Origin: Hormoscilla sp.
GTDB taxonomy: Bacteria; Cyanobacteriota; Cyanobacteriia; Cyanobacteriales; Desertifilaceae
Direction: 5' to 3'
NCBI GenBank assembly: GCA_051439505.1
Contig: JBFRWI010000028.1
Span: 1 to 52,055, forward strand
DNA: 52,055 bases
The notes under the pieces are model-generated. The model was given only the letters and a program-made list of their open reading frames with translations. It searched no databases and was not told the origin of the DNA. This document shows positions 29,220 to 40,053 of this stretch, piece by piece; position 1 is the stretch's first letter, and each line of letters starts with the position of its first letter. Position numbers and translations under genes: made by a program.

Positions 29220-29340
29220 CTTTGCTACCTAATTCACGACCTGGTGCGATCGACTTTACGAGTAAGCGATCGCCTCTGACAGCGGGCACGGCACACAGCT
29301 TACATTAGCTTGCCGGGCCGTCATGCCGAACCCCAGCTAA

Positions 29341-30306
29341 TCAACTACAACCCCCAATTCGTTCACACAAATTACTGTATCCCGCCCCATCTTCAGCCGG
29401 AATTTCTGTTGTTAGCTCGATCAATGGCACCTTGCGCAAACCCAGACCGCTAGTATAGGTCCTTTGTCTGCCTGTTACCTCCGTTGGATGGGAACCTGCT
29501 GATTTCAGTTCCTCATCGTCGCTGAACGCATCGGCCCGATACACCCGCACGCTCACCAGATAGCCTCGCCTACCATCCGCTTGCCTTGCCGCCTCATCAG
29601 CATCTGTAATACTTAGATAGCCAGTGTTTGTCGTGCTGCGAAAAGCTTGAATTACCATGTCTTTCATGCTGTCAGTGCTACAACCGCTTTCTTCATCCTG
29701 GTCTACACAGTACAAGCTCCAGCTGGGATTGTTCTGACAATAGGGATATAATGTTGGCCCGCAGCCTCCTAGGTCACTGCTAGGATTTGCTGGAGGAATT
29801 GTTGCAGCAAAGGTGCCTATAAACTCAGACCAAGTCGTAGTCGTCCCATCTATCACCACTGCGTGGTTCGGATGAGGAGTTGTTTGAGTGCTCAGACCAT
29901 CAATGTAGGTCCAAGCTGCTTGCGTGGCCATTTCTACCCTTCTTGCTTGCACTCGGGTTGCTACTGCCAGGACGACCATCGGCGCGATCGATGTCAACAA
30001 AATCGCCACTACCACAATTGCCATCAATGACTCCATGATAGTGAAACCCGACTGGTTGGGTGTGGTCTGCATTTGTTGCTCCCGGGATCCCCCCCAAACC
30101 CCCCCTTCCAAAAGGGGGGGCCTTGAAGCCCCCCTTTTTAAGGGGGGTTTGGGGGGATCGGACGACTGGGACGGCCCATGAACGCTCAACGGGTTTTGAC
30201 CACACCCCGACTGGTTTGAGCGGGACCACCAGGAATGGAGTTTTCCTAATAGGGGAGTTTTCCTCCCCTGCAAGTCATGTTTTGTTCTTCCCATCATTGT
30301 CTTCAC
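29341..30306 (-). CDS. hpsB: Hormogonium polysaccharide secretion pseudopilin HpsB-like, leader extended by a MITE
   Basis: G|FTIMESLMAIVVV, VATRVQARRVE and GYLVSVRVYRADAF; directly follows hpsA. Confidence 0.82.
   Translation of the reverse strand: MKTMMGRTKHDLQGRKTPLLGKLHSWWSRSNQSGCGQNPLSVHGPSQSSDPPKPPLKRGASRPPLLEGGVWGGSREQQMQTTPNQSGFTIMESLMAIVVVAILLTSIAPMVVLAVATRVQARRVEMATQAAWTYIDGLSTQTTPHPNHAVVIDGTTTTWSEFIGTFAATIPPANPSSDLGGCGPTLYPYCQNNPSWSLYCVDQDEESGCSTDSMKDMVIQAFRSTTNTGYLSITDADEAARQADGRRGYLVSVRVYRADAFSDDEELKSAGSHPTEVTGRQRTYTSGLGLRKVPLIELTTEIPAEDGAGYSNLCERIGGCS
30058..30207. mobile_element. Complete 150-bp MITE, in frame in the hpsB leader
   Basis: Perfect 10-bp TIRs GGGTGTGGTC / GACCACACCC; 9-bp TSD CGACTGGTT (30049-30057, 30208-30216). 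Confidence 0.95.
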
Positions 30307-30312
30307 CGATTA

Positions 30313-33300
30313 TCAGGATGGATTATCAGGATAGTTTGACAGATCTAGGCAATCATTTGGACGCTGGTCTGCCCCAGGAATCGCATAGCGCTGATATGTA
30401 GCGCCTGGTAGTCCGACATAAGTTTGTGGAGTCGAGTCCGGATCTCGGGCTTCCGCAGCACACATTAAGGCTTCCACCCAATCATCGTCGCGATTTACTT
30501 CCCGCATAAATTCCTTGGGAGATTCCGCTGTCTCTACCGTAAACTGTTCGGCAAACAAGTCCGGTGGCTGAGACAGTAGCCCCAGATCGAACCCCCACTG
30601 ACGGCCCGGTGGATTGTAATAGGGAATTGCACCCAGCACGTTATTCCCAGTATATCCCAGAGGTTTCGTACCGTTGTCAGTTTTATATCCTTGCCTCTCT
30701 ACAAACAGATAGGCATCGTCCGCTTCGGTAGTATTCAGCAGGGTGAAAAATGGTGCTGTAGCATAGTTATTTTTCTTAGTCTCTATGAACGAACCCGATA
30801 TGTTCAGGTCAACATAGTCTTCGTCACCCGCACGCACCCAGTTCTCCAACGTCCTCACAAAGTTATGAAGGCCACCACCATCTTCGTTTCTTGTATAGGG
30901 ACTGTCCTGCACGCGCACTGGTCCTTGACCGGAAACCGCTACTATATTGAAGGTCGATTCTGTTGCACGGGGCTGCCATCTCGTCCATTTTACTACGCAA
31001 CTCTCCCCATTGCAGTTTGAACCAGGGTCGCGACCGTTAATTGCATTAACAAAACTACCTAGATCCGAGTCACCAGTTAAATGTCGTGTTGTTACCTGCT
31101 GTTGCAATACTGGCTCCAATAGCGGCTGCTCGACCTCATTACTGATTGCTGTTCTCCAAGTTGCTGAGCTTGTGTTGTCCAAAATCACATCTTCTAATAG
31201 GTAGTCTCCATCATACTGTTGTTGATACCACAGCCATCGAGTATTACCGTAGCGGCGATTGGAACCTTGTCTTGTTACATACCACAGAGCATTGTCTTCA
31301 CGTCGAGGATGGTTTGCACCTGGCGATACCGGACCGAACCCTTCAAACTCAGTCAGAATACCACTACCACTCAGGTCTAATACGTTGTCAGTTACAGGGA
31401 GCTTAATCCTATCGGTTCCACTACTTGGATTCTGGTAAGGATACCAATCTAGCGTTCCGTCCCCCTCGTCTTTTATCCCGATCGGGATTGGTCTTCGAGC
31501 CGTTCCTGTGGTGACCACTATCAAGCGATTGTTTGCGGGATTTCTCAGGAAAGCCACCCGACGAGGATAGCGTTGCTCTACTTTATTTAAATCAGTATCA
31601 AGCGGGTCTATTGGACTGCGGGCCATCTGTACTGTCGTGCCTGACAACAGATTCCCCACTGGCGTCCCTATGGGAATTTCGCTTGCTTTTTCATTTCCCG
31701 TTCCTGTCGTCAAACCAACTACCCAGTCATCAGCTGTACATAAGGAAACCATCGGCTTGCGACATATTTCCATCACATACTCATAGAAATTAGTCCGCCG
31801 TTGAACTGGCGTGACAAAGTTGTTGAAGTAGGAACTTGCTTGGTATGCTATTAGATCCTCTTCATCAGTTGTCACCAAACTTCTGTAGTCACTATCTAGG
31901 AAATCATGACTCGTGACGTAGTTGTTGGCAAAGAATCCGTTGTCTCGGCGCTCGATCTCCGGGTCAAAGATTTCCATCGTTTCGTCTATAGTCCCATCAC
32001 CATTCCTGTCAATTCTCATAATCCCATTTGCAGTACTGTCCTCATCGTTTCTCCCACCGCCAGCATTATTTCTCAGGTCGTAATCTCCATCTACCCGGTA
32101 ACCAAACTCAAAACTATCAGACAGCAATGTGGTCGAATCTGAGATTATCGTGGCCGATCGCCACAAGTCTCCGTTTGCAGATGCACTTGCACAAACAGAG
32201 CTAGGGGGCGCCGGGCGACGGCAGGCAAAGTTTGGATCTATAGCGCTACTTGTGCGGTTGTAGAAATTTCCCCAGTCATCCGCTAGATCGGTAGTAAACT
32301 CTTCTAGAGCCGCTCCCACTGGCGTCTGATGCTTATTGAAATCGCCTTTTATATATACTGGCAATGGCGTTGCCAATACCAAGCCCTTTTCTTCATCCCT
32401 AAAATTACCGTCATTTACTGGCGTTCTATTTCTGTCTAGCCGATCGCCATTAATCAGCAATATCGCATTAGGACGGCGAGTCGGGTCAAGCTTAAAGTCT
32501 ACCGCGCTGAGGTTTAGCTGGGACGAGCCCGGAGGAGCACTCCGGTCTGGCAGGGCATCATCCCGGGTAGCATAAATTATCCCCGTATTGGGCAGCATAA
32601 ACTCTGGATTGGGCGCATCAGCTATAGCTGCAATTCCCTGATTCCGCAGTAAATTCAAGTCTAGCACCGTCGCCCGAATTTCCAACGGCTGCCTTTCTTC
32701 TACTGGGAGGTCATACCCCGGGTCATAGCCTGCATCTAGAGCCCCATTGTTAAAGCTGAAGGTTTCATCTAGATCTGTTGTACCATCGTCCGCGTGAATT
32801 GCCCTGATTTGCTGGGCATCCAGGAAAGTTTGTTCGTATATCGAGCCTGGGGTTATGGGCGGACTCGTGTCTGGAGCAAAACCCCCACTCGTATATCCTG
32901 CCAGGATTCTCAGGGAACATATCGCTGCATCGATCGCCCCATTCTCTTCAAAGGTAAACTCTGCACTACTGTCTGCTGCATATTTTTCCATCGCCGATCT
33001 TAATGGGGGGTTGGCGATCCGTCCATTGGGAAATACTATACTTGCCTGGGTTCTCAGTCGCGATCCCCAAGTCCCCATCAGCATCGTTCTGTCTTCTTCG
33101 CTGTGGGGCGGATCGTAAACTACCCCATTATTAGAACGACCCTTCTCAGCATCGTAGCGCTCATCCCAATCAGGCTCTCCAGATTCTACAAAGTTCTTGG
33201 CCGTCGTTTCAGTTGTGGGGTCGTAGTAGCTGCTGACACAGGCTAAAGGGAGCTGGTTTCTCGATTCGTCTGGAGAGGAATTAGCGTAGTGATATACCAC

Positions 33301-35844
33301 CGTTGACCTCATCAGCAGGTCTCCCATTAGATCCCGCTCATCGTTAGTTATAGCTGTATAAGGAGAAGCTAGGCTATATCCTAGAACTGGAGGGGGATCT
33401 GAATCGCCATCCCTTATCACTGGCGGTAGTTGATTGGGAACTTCCTCATCCCCATCATTCTCCCACTCCCAGTAGAATGCTAAATCCTCGGTGCCTAAAG
33501 TTGCTATATCGCCTGCGGTCAAGTCCGTGTCTGCCCACATCGGCATTGTGTCCGGCCATGCCACTATATTTGCGCCGAAGGTAGGAGCAGCCACTGTCAC
33601 GTCTTCACCTAGTTGCGGTGCCGGTAGGAAAGATATGTTTTTTCGTGGAAATAAAGAATCGCCCGCTACATATATTCCAGCGCCTGTTACCACTCGCAGT
33701 CCACCTTTATTTTCCAGCCTCTGAATTGGTTTGTCAGCAGCAGCCCTTTCCCAGAAGCCGTTGCGGTTAGTCGTTCCCAAGTCATCCAACCGTTGCACGC
33801 GAGTTTTGCGATAGCGAGTTCCGTCCCCCGCATTCCAGTTAATCCCCGAAAGCTCTTGGGTTTCGTCATCACCCACAAAGTCACCCAGAGAGTCCTTATA
33901 CCACAGCGCTGGCAGGTTGTTTCCCAGCAAGATCCGATCGCCTAGGTACTCTTCGTACCCTTGATCTTCCTGTTGTTGGGGTTCTGTCATCCCCGGTAAT
34001 GCGACCGAGCCGCTAATGTTTAAGCTCAGCCCCGTATAGCCTGTGCTGGTTGTTCCATCTATCGGATCTGTCGGAAATGCCCAGGCATTCGGCGGTCGCA
34101 GCCCTTCTGCTGCCTCTCCTGCTGACACCGATGCAAAAGGAGATCCCTCGAACACACCTGCATTAGCATCCGCTAACCCATCGCTGTCGCTATCTACATC
34201 GTAGGTGGTTCCCAATGCACTAGCACCACTGGCCACTTCCTTAAAAGGTATTCGGCGGGTACGATTTCTCATGTATAGTTCCAGTTCTTCCAACCGTACC
34301 GTTACTGGGTCTAAGGATGAGTCTTCTCTTAGCCTCGCCTTCACCCGCGTTCTCACCACTTGCGGATCTCTCGTCGTGTCCGTCACGTCCCCGCCCGAGA
34401 CCGTGTAGCTTCCTCCCGAACCCAGCTCAGCCGATCTTGTCAGAAAGTCTATGCGCTCCTCATATGCCTCATTGTTATAAGCCACATTTCTGGGAGCCTC
34501 ACCACTCACTGATTGAGATCCACTTGTAATATCACGAGAACTGGGAGCTGAGCCTACTGCCAGGTCTTCATTAAACATATCAACCTGCACTGCATAGGTA
34601 CTAATGCTACTGTCCCAACTTGCACCTCCATTAACTAAATTACCCCCTACAACCGCCTTGGAGTTTTCTTCCTGAAAAAAGCAAGATGCTGGAGAGCTGA
34701 TTAAATACAGCCTGATTGGGCAGCCGCTTCCTCCACCGCAGTTTTCAGACATAAACATATTGCTATTCGTAAATACCCGTCCATTCAGCCTGAATGGAGT
34801 ACCTGGCGTCAGCGATAAGTCGTCCTGATACCATACTGCCTGATACTGTAGCGGTATCTGACCTTGGTCTTGCTGCATCTCCAGCGCCGCAAATCCCTTA
34901 TTCCCTTGGTATTTTTCGTACCTATCCTCTGCCCCCATCTCCACAACACTTGCTATCTCCGACGGTTCAACAGTTATCGGCACTGTCGCCGTGTATACAT
35001 AAAAGCTTTTTCTCAGTTCGCTGCCCACCTTATACCAACCGTTGCTGCCCACCAAAGCAGCGCTAGTACCTATAGCACCCTCGCAGCCCGACTCTATACT
35101 CACCTCCTCCATTGGCGGTGTTCTTGCTTCTAAGGCCGTTCTCGGTCTAGTCGTAGATGTGCCACTAATAGGCGGACTGCGGAAATATAGTCCGTATAGA
35201 GTAAAGCTGTCGTACTTCCCATTATTATCCGTATCTACGGGAAACTTCCAAGCCGTGTTGCTAGTTTCGCTGTTTGCTAATTCCGTTGCCGAACCATCGT
35301 CAGTACTATTTACCGTTCCATCTCCAGTTTCAGAGTACACTCCCGCTCCGTTGCCAAAATCATCAATCACTTTCAGGGCTATTTCATCTCCGAAGGTGTA
35401 TCTTCCCGGTTGACTGACGATCGCATTGTACAGAGTTCTTTCTGATGGGGTCGATCTCGGTAGGGTCGGGTCACTAAATAACGCCTCTATTTTGGCCTTG
35501 GCACGTTCTATTGCTGGTCCAGAAGCGTTCAGCGCCGCCTGAGATACTCTAAAGTTGCTAGCATTTTTCGCTCGATCTAAGGAACGCAGCACCATCGCCG
35601 TTGTCAGCAATACCACCACCAACATCACCATTGCCACCGTCGGCAACACAAAGCCTGATGTGCCGTGGCGTCGTCCTCTGCGCCCCCTACCCACCAGACT
35701 GGCCAATAACCTATTTCTCAAACGATGAAGCAATTTCACCGACATCCGCCACAGATGTCTGAAGCTTCTTTGTAGTTTTCTGAAAAACTTGCCTATCGAC
35801 ATGGTAGCCTTCCTGATTTTACTATCTCTAGATTCCGTTTCCAC
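30313..35844 (-). CDS. hpsA: Hormogonium polysaccharide biosynthesis protein HpsA-like (large pilin-like protein)
   Basis: G|FVLPTVAMVMLVVVLLT, AWKFPVDTDNNGKYDSFTLYG, GGLHNFVRTLENW and WGFDLGLLSQPPDLFA; 1843 aa. Confidence 0.9.
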   Translation of the reverse strand: METESRDSKIRKATMSIGKFFRKLQRSFRHLWRMSVKLLHRLRNRLLASLVGRGRRGRRHGTSGFVLPTVAMVMLVVVLLTTAMVLRSLDRAKNASNFRVSQAALNASGPAIERAKAKIEALFSDPTLPRSTPSERTLYNAIVSQPGRYTFGDEIALKVIDDFGNGAGVYSETGDGTVNSTDDGSATELANSETSNTAWKFPVDTDNNGKYDSFTLYGLYFRSPPISGTSTTRPRTALEARTPPMEEVSIESGCEGAIGTSAALVGSNGWYKVGSELRKSFYVYTATVPITVEPSEIASVVEMGAEDRYEKYQGNKGFAALEMQQDQGQIPLQYQAVWYQDDLSLTPGTPFRLNGRVFTNSNMFMSENCGGGSGCPIRLYLISSPASCFFQEENSKAVVGGNLVNGGASWDSSISTYAVQVDMFNEDLAVGSAPSSRDITSGSQSVSGEAPRNVAYNNEAYEERIDFLTRSAELGSGGSYTVSGGDVTDTTRDPQVVRTRVKARLREDSSLDPVTVRLEELELYMRNRTRRIPFKEVASGASALGTTYDVDSDSDGLADANAGVFEGSPFASVSAGEAAEGLRPPNAWAFPTDPIDGTTSTGYTGLSLNISGSVALPGMTEPQQQEDQGYEEYLGDRILLGNNLPALWYKDSLGDFVGDDETQELSGINWNAGDGTRYRKTRVQRLDDLGTTNRNGFWERAAADKPIQRLENKGGLRVVTGAGIYVAGDSLFPRKNISFLPAPQLGEDVTVAAPTFGANIVAWPDTMPMWADTDLTAGDIATLGTEDLAFYWEWENDGDEEVPNQLPPVIRDGDSDPPPVLGYSLASPYTAITNDERDLMGDLLMRSTVVYHYANSSPDESRNQLPLACVSSYYDPTTETTAKNFVESGEPDWDERYDAEKGRSNNGVVYDPPHSEEDRTMLMGTWGSRLRTQASIVFPNGRIANPPLRSAMEKYAADSSAEFTFEENGAIDAAICSLRILAGYTSGGFAPDTSPPITPGSIYEQTFLDAQQIRAIHADDGTTDLDETFSFNNGALDAGYDPGYDLPVEERQPLEIRATVLDLNLLRNQGIAAIADAPNPEFMLPNTGIIYATRDDALPDRSAPPGSSQLNLSAVDFKLDPTRRPNAILLINGDRLDRNRTPVNDGNFRDEEKGLVLATPLPVYIKGDFNKHQTPVGAALEEFTTDLADDWGNFYNRTSSAIDPNFACRRPAPPSSVCASASANGDLWRSATIISDSTTLLSDSFEFGYRVDGDYDLRNNAGGGRNDEDSTANGIMRIDRNGDGTIDETMEIFDPEIERRDNGFFANNYVTSHDFLDSDYRSLVTTDEEDLIAYQASSYFNNFVTPVQRRTNFYEYVMEICRKPMVSLCTADDWVVGLTTGTGNEKASEIPIGTPVGNLLSGTTVQMARSPIDPLDTDLNKVEQRYPRRVAFLRNPANNRLIVVTTGTARRPIPIGIKDEGDGTLDWYPYQNPSSGTDRIKLPVTDNVLDLSGSGILTEFEGFGPVSPGANHPRREDNALWYVTRQGSNRRYGNTRWLWYQQQYDGDYLLEDVILDNTSSATWRTAISNEVEQPLLEPVLQQQVTTRHLTGDSDLGSFVNAINGRDPGSNCNGESCVVKWTRWQPRATESTFNIVAVSGQGPVRVQDSPYTRNEDGGGLHNFVRTLENWVRAGDEDYVDLNISGSFIETKKNNYATAPFFTLLNTTEADDAYLFVERQGYKTDNGTKPLGYTGNNVLGAIPYYNPPGRQWGFDLGLLSQPPDLFAEQFTVETAESPKEFMREVNRDDDWVEALMCAAEARDPDSTPQTYVGLPGATYQRYAIPGADQRPNDCLDLSNYPDNPS

Positions 35845-36489
35845 CCACTCAGCTCTTTGGCCACTCTGCTTTTTGGGTTTCTAGCATGACTTCCTACCTC
35901 CTGTCTTAGCAACTTACCGCGTTCCGCTTCAACAGTGAAAAACCTTAAACTGTCTTAGTAGGTTTTACCCGTTTTATTTCTCAGTAATTACCATTATATC
36001 TCTTATCCTTTACCATAGATTCAAGGGAGCAACCTAGCATGCTAAATTTATAGCTATGCGAAACTCTCCCTAATTTCCCAGATATTAGATCCCATCAATC
36101 TGAGAAACGCTATATGATCCTTCCTACGGTCGATGCACCACCAATCTGAAGTTATCTGCGGCTAAATGATACTCTGCGGACGGACTCTATTATAGATATT
36201 ACCCCATCTTCCCACAACACTTATCATCTACAGACGGATTTTCTGTCCCCAACTGTCCGGGTTGTCACCCTTAGTCTCTGGTCTCGCTAGCCAAACGCAA
36301 TTTCCTCGATACGATCTATTATATAGTATAGCGAGCCTTCAGGAGTAGTGCCCCGAGCGACCGGGAGCTAGTTTTAGCTGAAACCTTTCTTGAACAATGG
36401 TTTCAGCCGATGGCGATCTGTCTGCCGATCGCCAGCGATCCGAGTTATCACCAGCACTTTTAGTAGCTAGTTACCCAGATCATCTCCTA

Positions 36490-36524
36490 ATTCTGTATTG
36501 GATAGTTACATACCAATACAGAAT
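36490..36524 (-). terminator. Inverted repeat downstream of rpmB
   Basis: ATTCTGTATTGG ... CCAATACAGAAT, a 12-bp stem ~35 nt past the rpmB stop. Confidence 0.5.
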
Positions 36525-36560
36525 CCCCCATTCCCAATCTGCCAGGGTCTGAGCTGCTAC

Positions 36561-36797
36561 TTAATGTAGATTTAGGTTGATTCCCGCTTCCTTAGCCATG
36601 GCCTGTAGGCCCTTACGTTCCAGAGTCTTAATTGCCTTAGTAGAAAGTCGCAGCTTTACCCAGCGATTACCTTCGGGCCACCAGACTCGCTTCCACTGGA
36701 GATTAGGCTGCTGTAGTTTATGGGTGCGCCGGTGTGAGTGAGAAATAGCATAGGCATTATTTGCCTTTTTACCCGTGAGCTGACATCTGCGAGACAT
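36561..36797 (-). CDS. rpmB: 50S ribosomal protein L28
   Basis: [25 protein letters not shown]...NLQWKR; GGAGG RBS. Confidence 0.98.
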   Translation of the reverse strand: MSRRCQLTGKKANNAYAISHSHRRTHKLQQPNLQWKRVWWPEGNRWVKLRLSTKAIKTLERKGLQAMAKEAGINLNLH

Positions 36798-36926
36798 AAA
36801 ACACCTCCACGATCACTTCTGCAAATTTATATTATATACCTTAAAGGCAGTCGTGAAGCTAAAGAAACCCGATTTCTTTAAGAAACCGGGTTTCTGGTAG
36901 TCATTACCAACGGCGCCAAAGTGATG

Positions 36927-38906
36927 CTACTTAGTTGCTTGTTCTGTCAAGCGCGTCAGCACTTGATTTGAGCGTTCCACAAAAGCCTTCATACCATCGG
37001 CGTCGAAGCCTTTTTGGGCCATCAGGGCCAGGTCGTAGACGTGATGGCAAATTAAATTAGCCAGTTCGGCAGAGGGAGATGTGCCTTCGCCACCAATGAT
37101 GCTACCTTGGGCAAGAGTGGCCAAATTCTGGATCAGGGGATGAGTTGTGTTGACTAGCAAGGTATGCTCTTCGGGGAATTGCACAGTTTCTTGCTGCATC
37201 AAGGCATTCATCTCCTGCATCCGCCGCAGGAACTCGGGTAAGAGAACCATGGCCGGGGGCGAATCTTGGGGATTATCTGATTTTAGCGCTTCGGTGCGGA
37301 TGGTGAGTTTCGACTTATTCAGGGCCTTTTTGAAAAGTTCTTGGATCTGTTCGCTGCGGGTTTGGTTGGTTTTGGGATCGACGATTTCGGAATCTTTCTC
37401 TTTGTCCAGCAGGTTTTCGTCGATCTCGGCGTCTACCCGGGAGAACTTCACGTCTGAGTGTTCCCGTTCCAGGAAGCTGATAAAGTGGGAGTCGATGAAG
37501 GAGTCCATATACAGGACTTCCAGGCCCTGATTTTTGTGCAGCTGGATGTAGGTTGTCTGGGTAATTTCGTCGGTGCAGTAGAAGACGCGGTTCTCGTGAC
37601 GTTCTTTATTGCGCTCCAGGTATTCCTTCAAGGTGCTGTAGGTATTGCCCTTGTCATCGGTGTTGGCGGGACCGACTTCTTGCCAAGCATCTCCCTCTTC
37701 TGCTTGTACTTGCACTTCAGCTGGTTGTTGCTCCGCCTTGCCATCCCAAGTGGTACGATAGATGACGATATCTTCCACTTGCTGTTTGAACTTGTCGTCG
37801 TTGAGGCAGCCGAACTTGACAAATGTGCCCAGGTCTTTCCAGCTTTTGATGTAGTCGGCACGCTTGTCCCGGTATTGCTCTTTCAGGCGATCGCCCACTT
37901 TTTTGGCAATGAAGTCAGAGATCCGGCGGACAGTGCGGTCCATCTGCAAGGCGCTGCGGGAGACATTCAGGGGGATATCTGGACTATCGATAACTCCCCG
38001 CATGGGTAGCAGGAATTTAGGAATCACCTCCTCGCAGTGTTCGGTGACGAACACCTGATTGCAGAATAGCTTAATCTGTCCCTTAGTGACATCCACATCC
38101 GGTCGCAGCTTGGGAAAATAAAGAATCCCATTCAGCAGGAAAGGATAGTCTGTATTTAGATGGATCCACAGCAGGGGTTCTTCGGTGAAGGGGTGCAAAT
38201 AGCGGTAAAATTCCAGATAGTCCTCATCCTTGAGATCCCTGGGGGACGATCGCCAAAGGGCCTCTTGCTTGTTGACCTGCTCGCCATCCATCATAATCTG
38301 CACGGGCATAAAATCGCAGTAGGTCTTGACCAACTGCTTGATGCGTGCCGGTTCTAGGTATTCCTCTTCTCCCTCGGGAAGGGTGAGGGTAACGGTAGTG
38401 CCGCGAGTGCTGCGGGACGACTCTTCTAGGGTAAAGGCAGGAGAACCATCGCAGCTCCAGTGGACCGCCTGGGCCCCTTCTTTGTAAGATAGGGTATCAA
38501 GCTCAACTTTCTGTGCTACCATGAACGAGGAGTAAAAGCCCAGTCCAAAGTGACCGATGATGGCATTATCGCCATTGGCCTGATATTTCTCGATAAATTC
38601 CTCGGCGCTAGAGAAGGCTACTTGGTTGATGTACTTTTTCACCTCCTCCGCCGTCATGCCGATGCCATTATCCGAGATGGAGAGAGTCTTTTTATCCTTA
38701 TCTATGGTAATCTGGATTTCGGGAGTACCGAGTTCGCCGGAGAATTCATCGCTATGGGAGACCATCTTGAGTTTGGCGATCGCATCTACCCCATTGGAAA
38801 TCAGTTCTCGGAGGAAGATTTCGTGGTCCGAGTAAAGGGACTTCTTAATGATGGGGAAGATATTCTCGGTATGAATCGAGATATTGCCTTGTTCTAGTAC
38901 AGTCAT
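36927..38906 (-). CDS. htpG: Molecular chaperone HtpG (Hsp90)
   Basis: IFLRELISN, DNGIGMT and IGHFGLGFYS motifs; likely start ATG 38906. Confidence 0.97.
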   Translation of the reverse strand: MTVLEQGNISIHTENIFPIIKKSLYSDHEIFLRELISNGVDAIAKLKMVSHSDEFSGELGTPEIQITIDKDKKTLSISDNGIGMTAEEVKKYINQVAFSSAEEFIEKYQANGDNAIIGHFGLGFYSSFMVAQKVELDTLSYKEGAQAVHWSCDGSPAFTLEESSRSTRGTTVTLTLPEGEEEYLEPARIKQLVKTYCDFMPVQIMMDGEQVNKQEALWRSSPRDLKDEDYLEFYRYLHPFTEEPLLWIHLNTDYPFLLNGILYFPKLRPDVDVTKGQIKLFCNQVFVTEHCEEVIPKFLLPMRGVIDSPDIPLNVSRSALQMDRTVRRISDFIAKKVGDRLKEQYRDKRADYIKSWKDLGTFVKFGCLNDDKFKQQVEDIVIYRTTWDGKAEQQPAEVQVQAEEGDAWQEVGPANTDDKGNTYSTLKEYLERNKERHENRVFYCTDEITQTTYIQLHKNQGLEVLYMDSFIDSHFISFLEREHSDVKFSRVDAEIDENLLDKEKDSEIVDPKTNQTRSEQIQELFKKALNKSKLTIRTEALKSDNPQDSPPAMVLLPEFLRRMQEMNALMQQETVQFPEEHTLLVNTTHPLIQNLATLAQGSIIGGEGTSPSAELANLICHHVYDLALMAQKGFDADGMKAFVERSNQVLTRLTEQATK

Positions 38907-39115
38907 AGGTCGGTTCGTGATCGTCAAGAATCGGTGTCTGGGATAAATTGTCTATGATGCAGTGATAGTTTGGCATCAGGGATTGCCGGATAAGGCGAAT
39001 TCGGATTTCACTACTAGGCCCCGATCGACCCAGAATCAAGGGATGATTGATAATTAGTATAGGTGAAAATTGGGCTTTTCCACCTTTTTGCTGTCCCGCG
39101 TCGGAGAAAAATGTG

Positions 39116-40027
39116 ATGACAATGCCTAACTTTCTGCTCATCGGTGCTGCCAAATCTGGCACGAGTTCCATGTATCGCTATCTGGATCAGCATCCGGAAA
39201 TATATATGAGTAGGAACAAGGAACCTAATTTCTTTGCCTATGAGGGATGGCAACCTAATTATTCTGGACCGGGAGATGCAGAAGCATCGACAAATAGATT
39301 GTCTGTCACAAATATACAGGATTATCAGGCACTTTTTCAGGGAGTAACGTCGGAAAAAGCGATCGGGGAAGCATCGACTTTTTACCTTTATATTCCCGAA
39401 ACTCCGGAGCGAATCAAACATTATATTCCGGATGGGAAATTAATTGCGATCCTGCGCCATCCAGTGGACAGAGCCTACTCATTTTATTTACACTTGCGTC
39501 GGGACGGTCGGGAGCCGCTGAGTGATTTTCACCAGGCCCTAGAGCAGGAGGAAACGCGAATGGCCAACCACTGGTCTCCCGTTTGGCGTTACAAGCAATT
39601 TGGATTTTACTCCGTGCAGTTGCAGCGCTATTTGGAAAAGTTCGATCGGGGTCAGATGAAAATATATTTGTACGAAGACTGGCAAAGCAAGCCCGTTGAG
39701 GTTATGCAAGATATTTTCCAGTTTCTGGGTGTAGACGAGAAGTTTGTCCCGGATATGTCTGTCAGGTACAACCGATCGTCCCATATTCCCAAAAGTAGGT
39801 TAGTTTATAACTTACTGACTAAGCCGAGTGGAATTAAAGATATCCTCAGACCGTTGATTCCAACTAAGCTACGCCAGAGTATGGCTGCCAAGGTTTACAG
39901 AAAAAACCGGGATAAACCCAAACCCTTGACACCAAAGATGCGACGGGAATTAATCCCAATATTTCGAGAAGATATCTTGAAGCTCCAAGATATCCTAGGG
40001 AGAGACCTTTCAAAATGGCTGGAATAG
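39116..40027 (+). CDS. PAPS-dependent sulfotransferase
   Basis: 5'PSB motif IGAAKSGTSS, KEPNFF, and 3'PB motif ILRHPVDRAYS; likely start ATG 39116. Confidence 0.92.
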   Translation: MTMPNFLLIGAAKSGTSSMYRYLDQHPEIYMSRNKEPNFFAYEGWQPNYSGPGDAEASTNRLSVTNIQDYQALFQGVTSEKAIGEASTFYLYIPETPERIKHYIPDGKLIAILRHPVDRAYSFYLHLRRDGREPLSDFHQALEQEETRMANHWSPVWRYKQFGFYSVQLQRYLEKFDRGQMKIYLYEDWQSKPVEVMQDIFQFLGVDEKFVPDMSVRYNRSSHIPKSRLVYNLLTKPSGIKDILRPLIPTKLRQSMAAKVYRKNRDKPKPLTPKMRRELIPIFREDILKLQDILGRDLSKWLE

Positions 40028-40053
40028 TTACCGGTTGGTAACAAGGCAGTTAC

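Noticed and set aside
35845..36480. SigJ/SigF promoter or sRNA upstream of hpsA
   Set aside because: Only partial GGGTAA-like matches and a short palindrome (36377-36407); not distinguishable from chance without TSS data.
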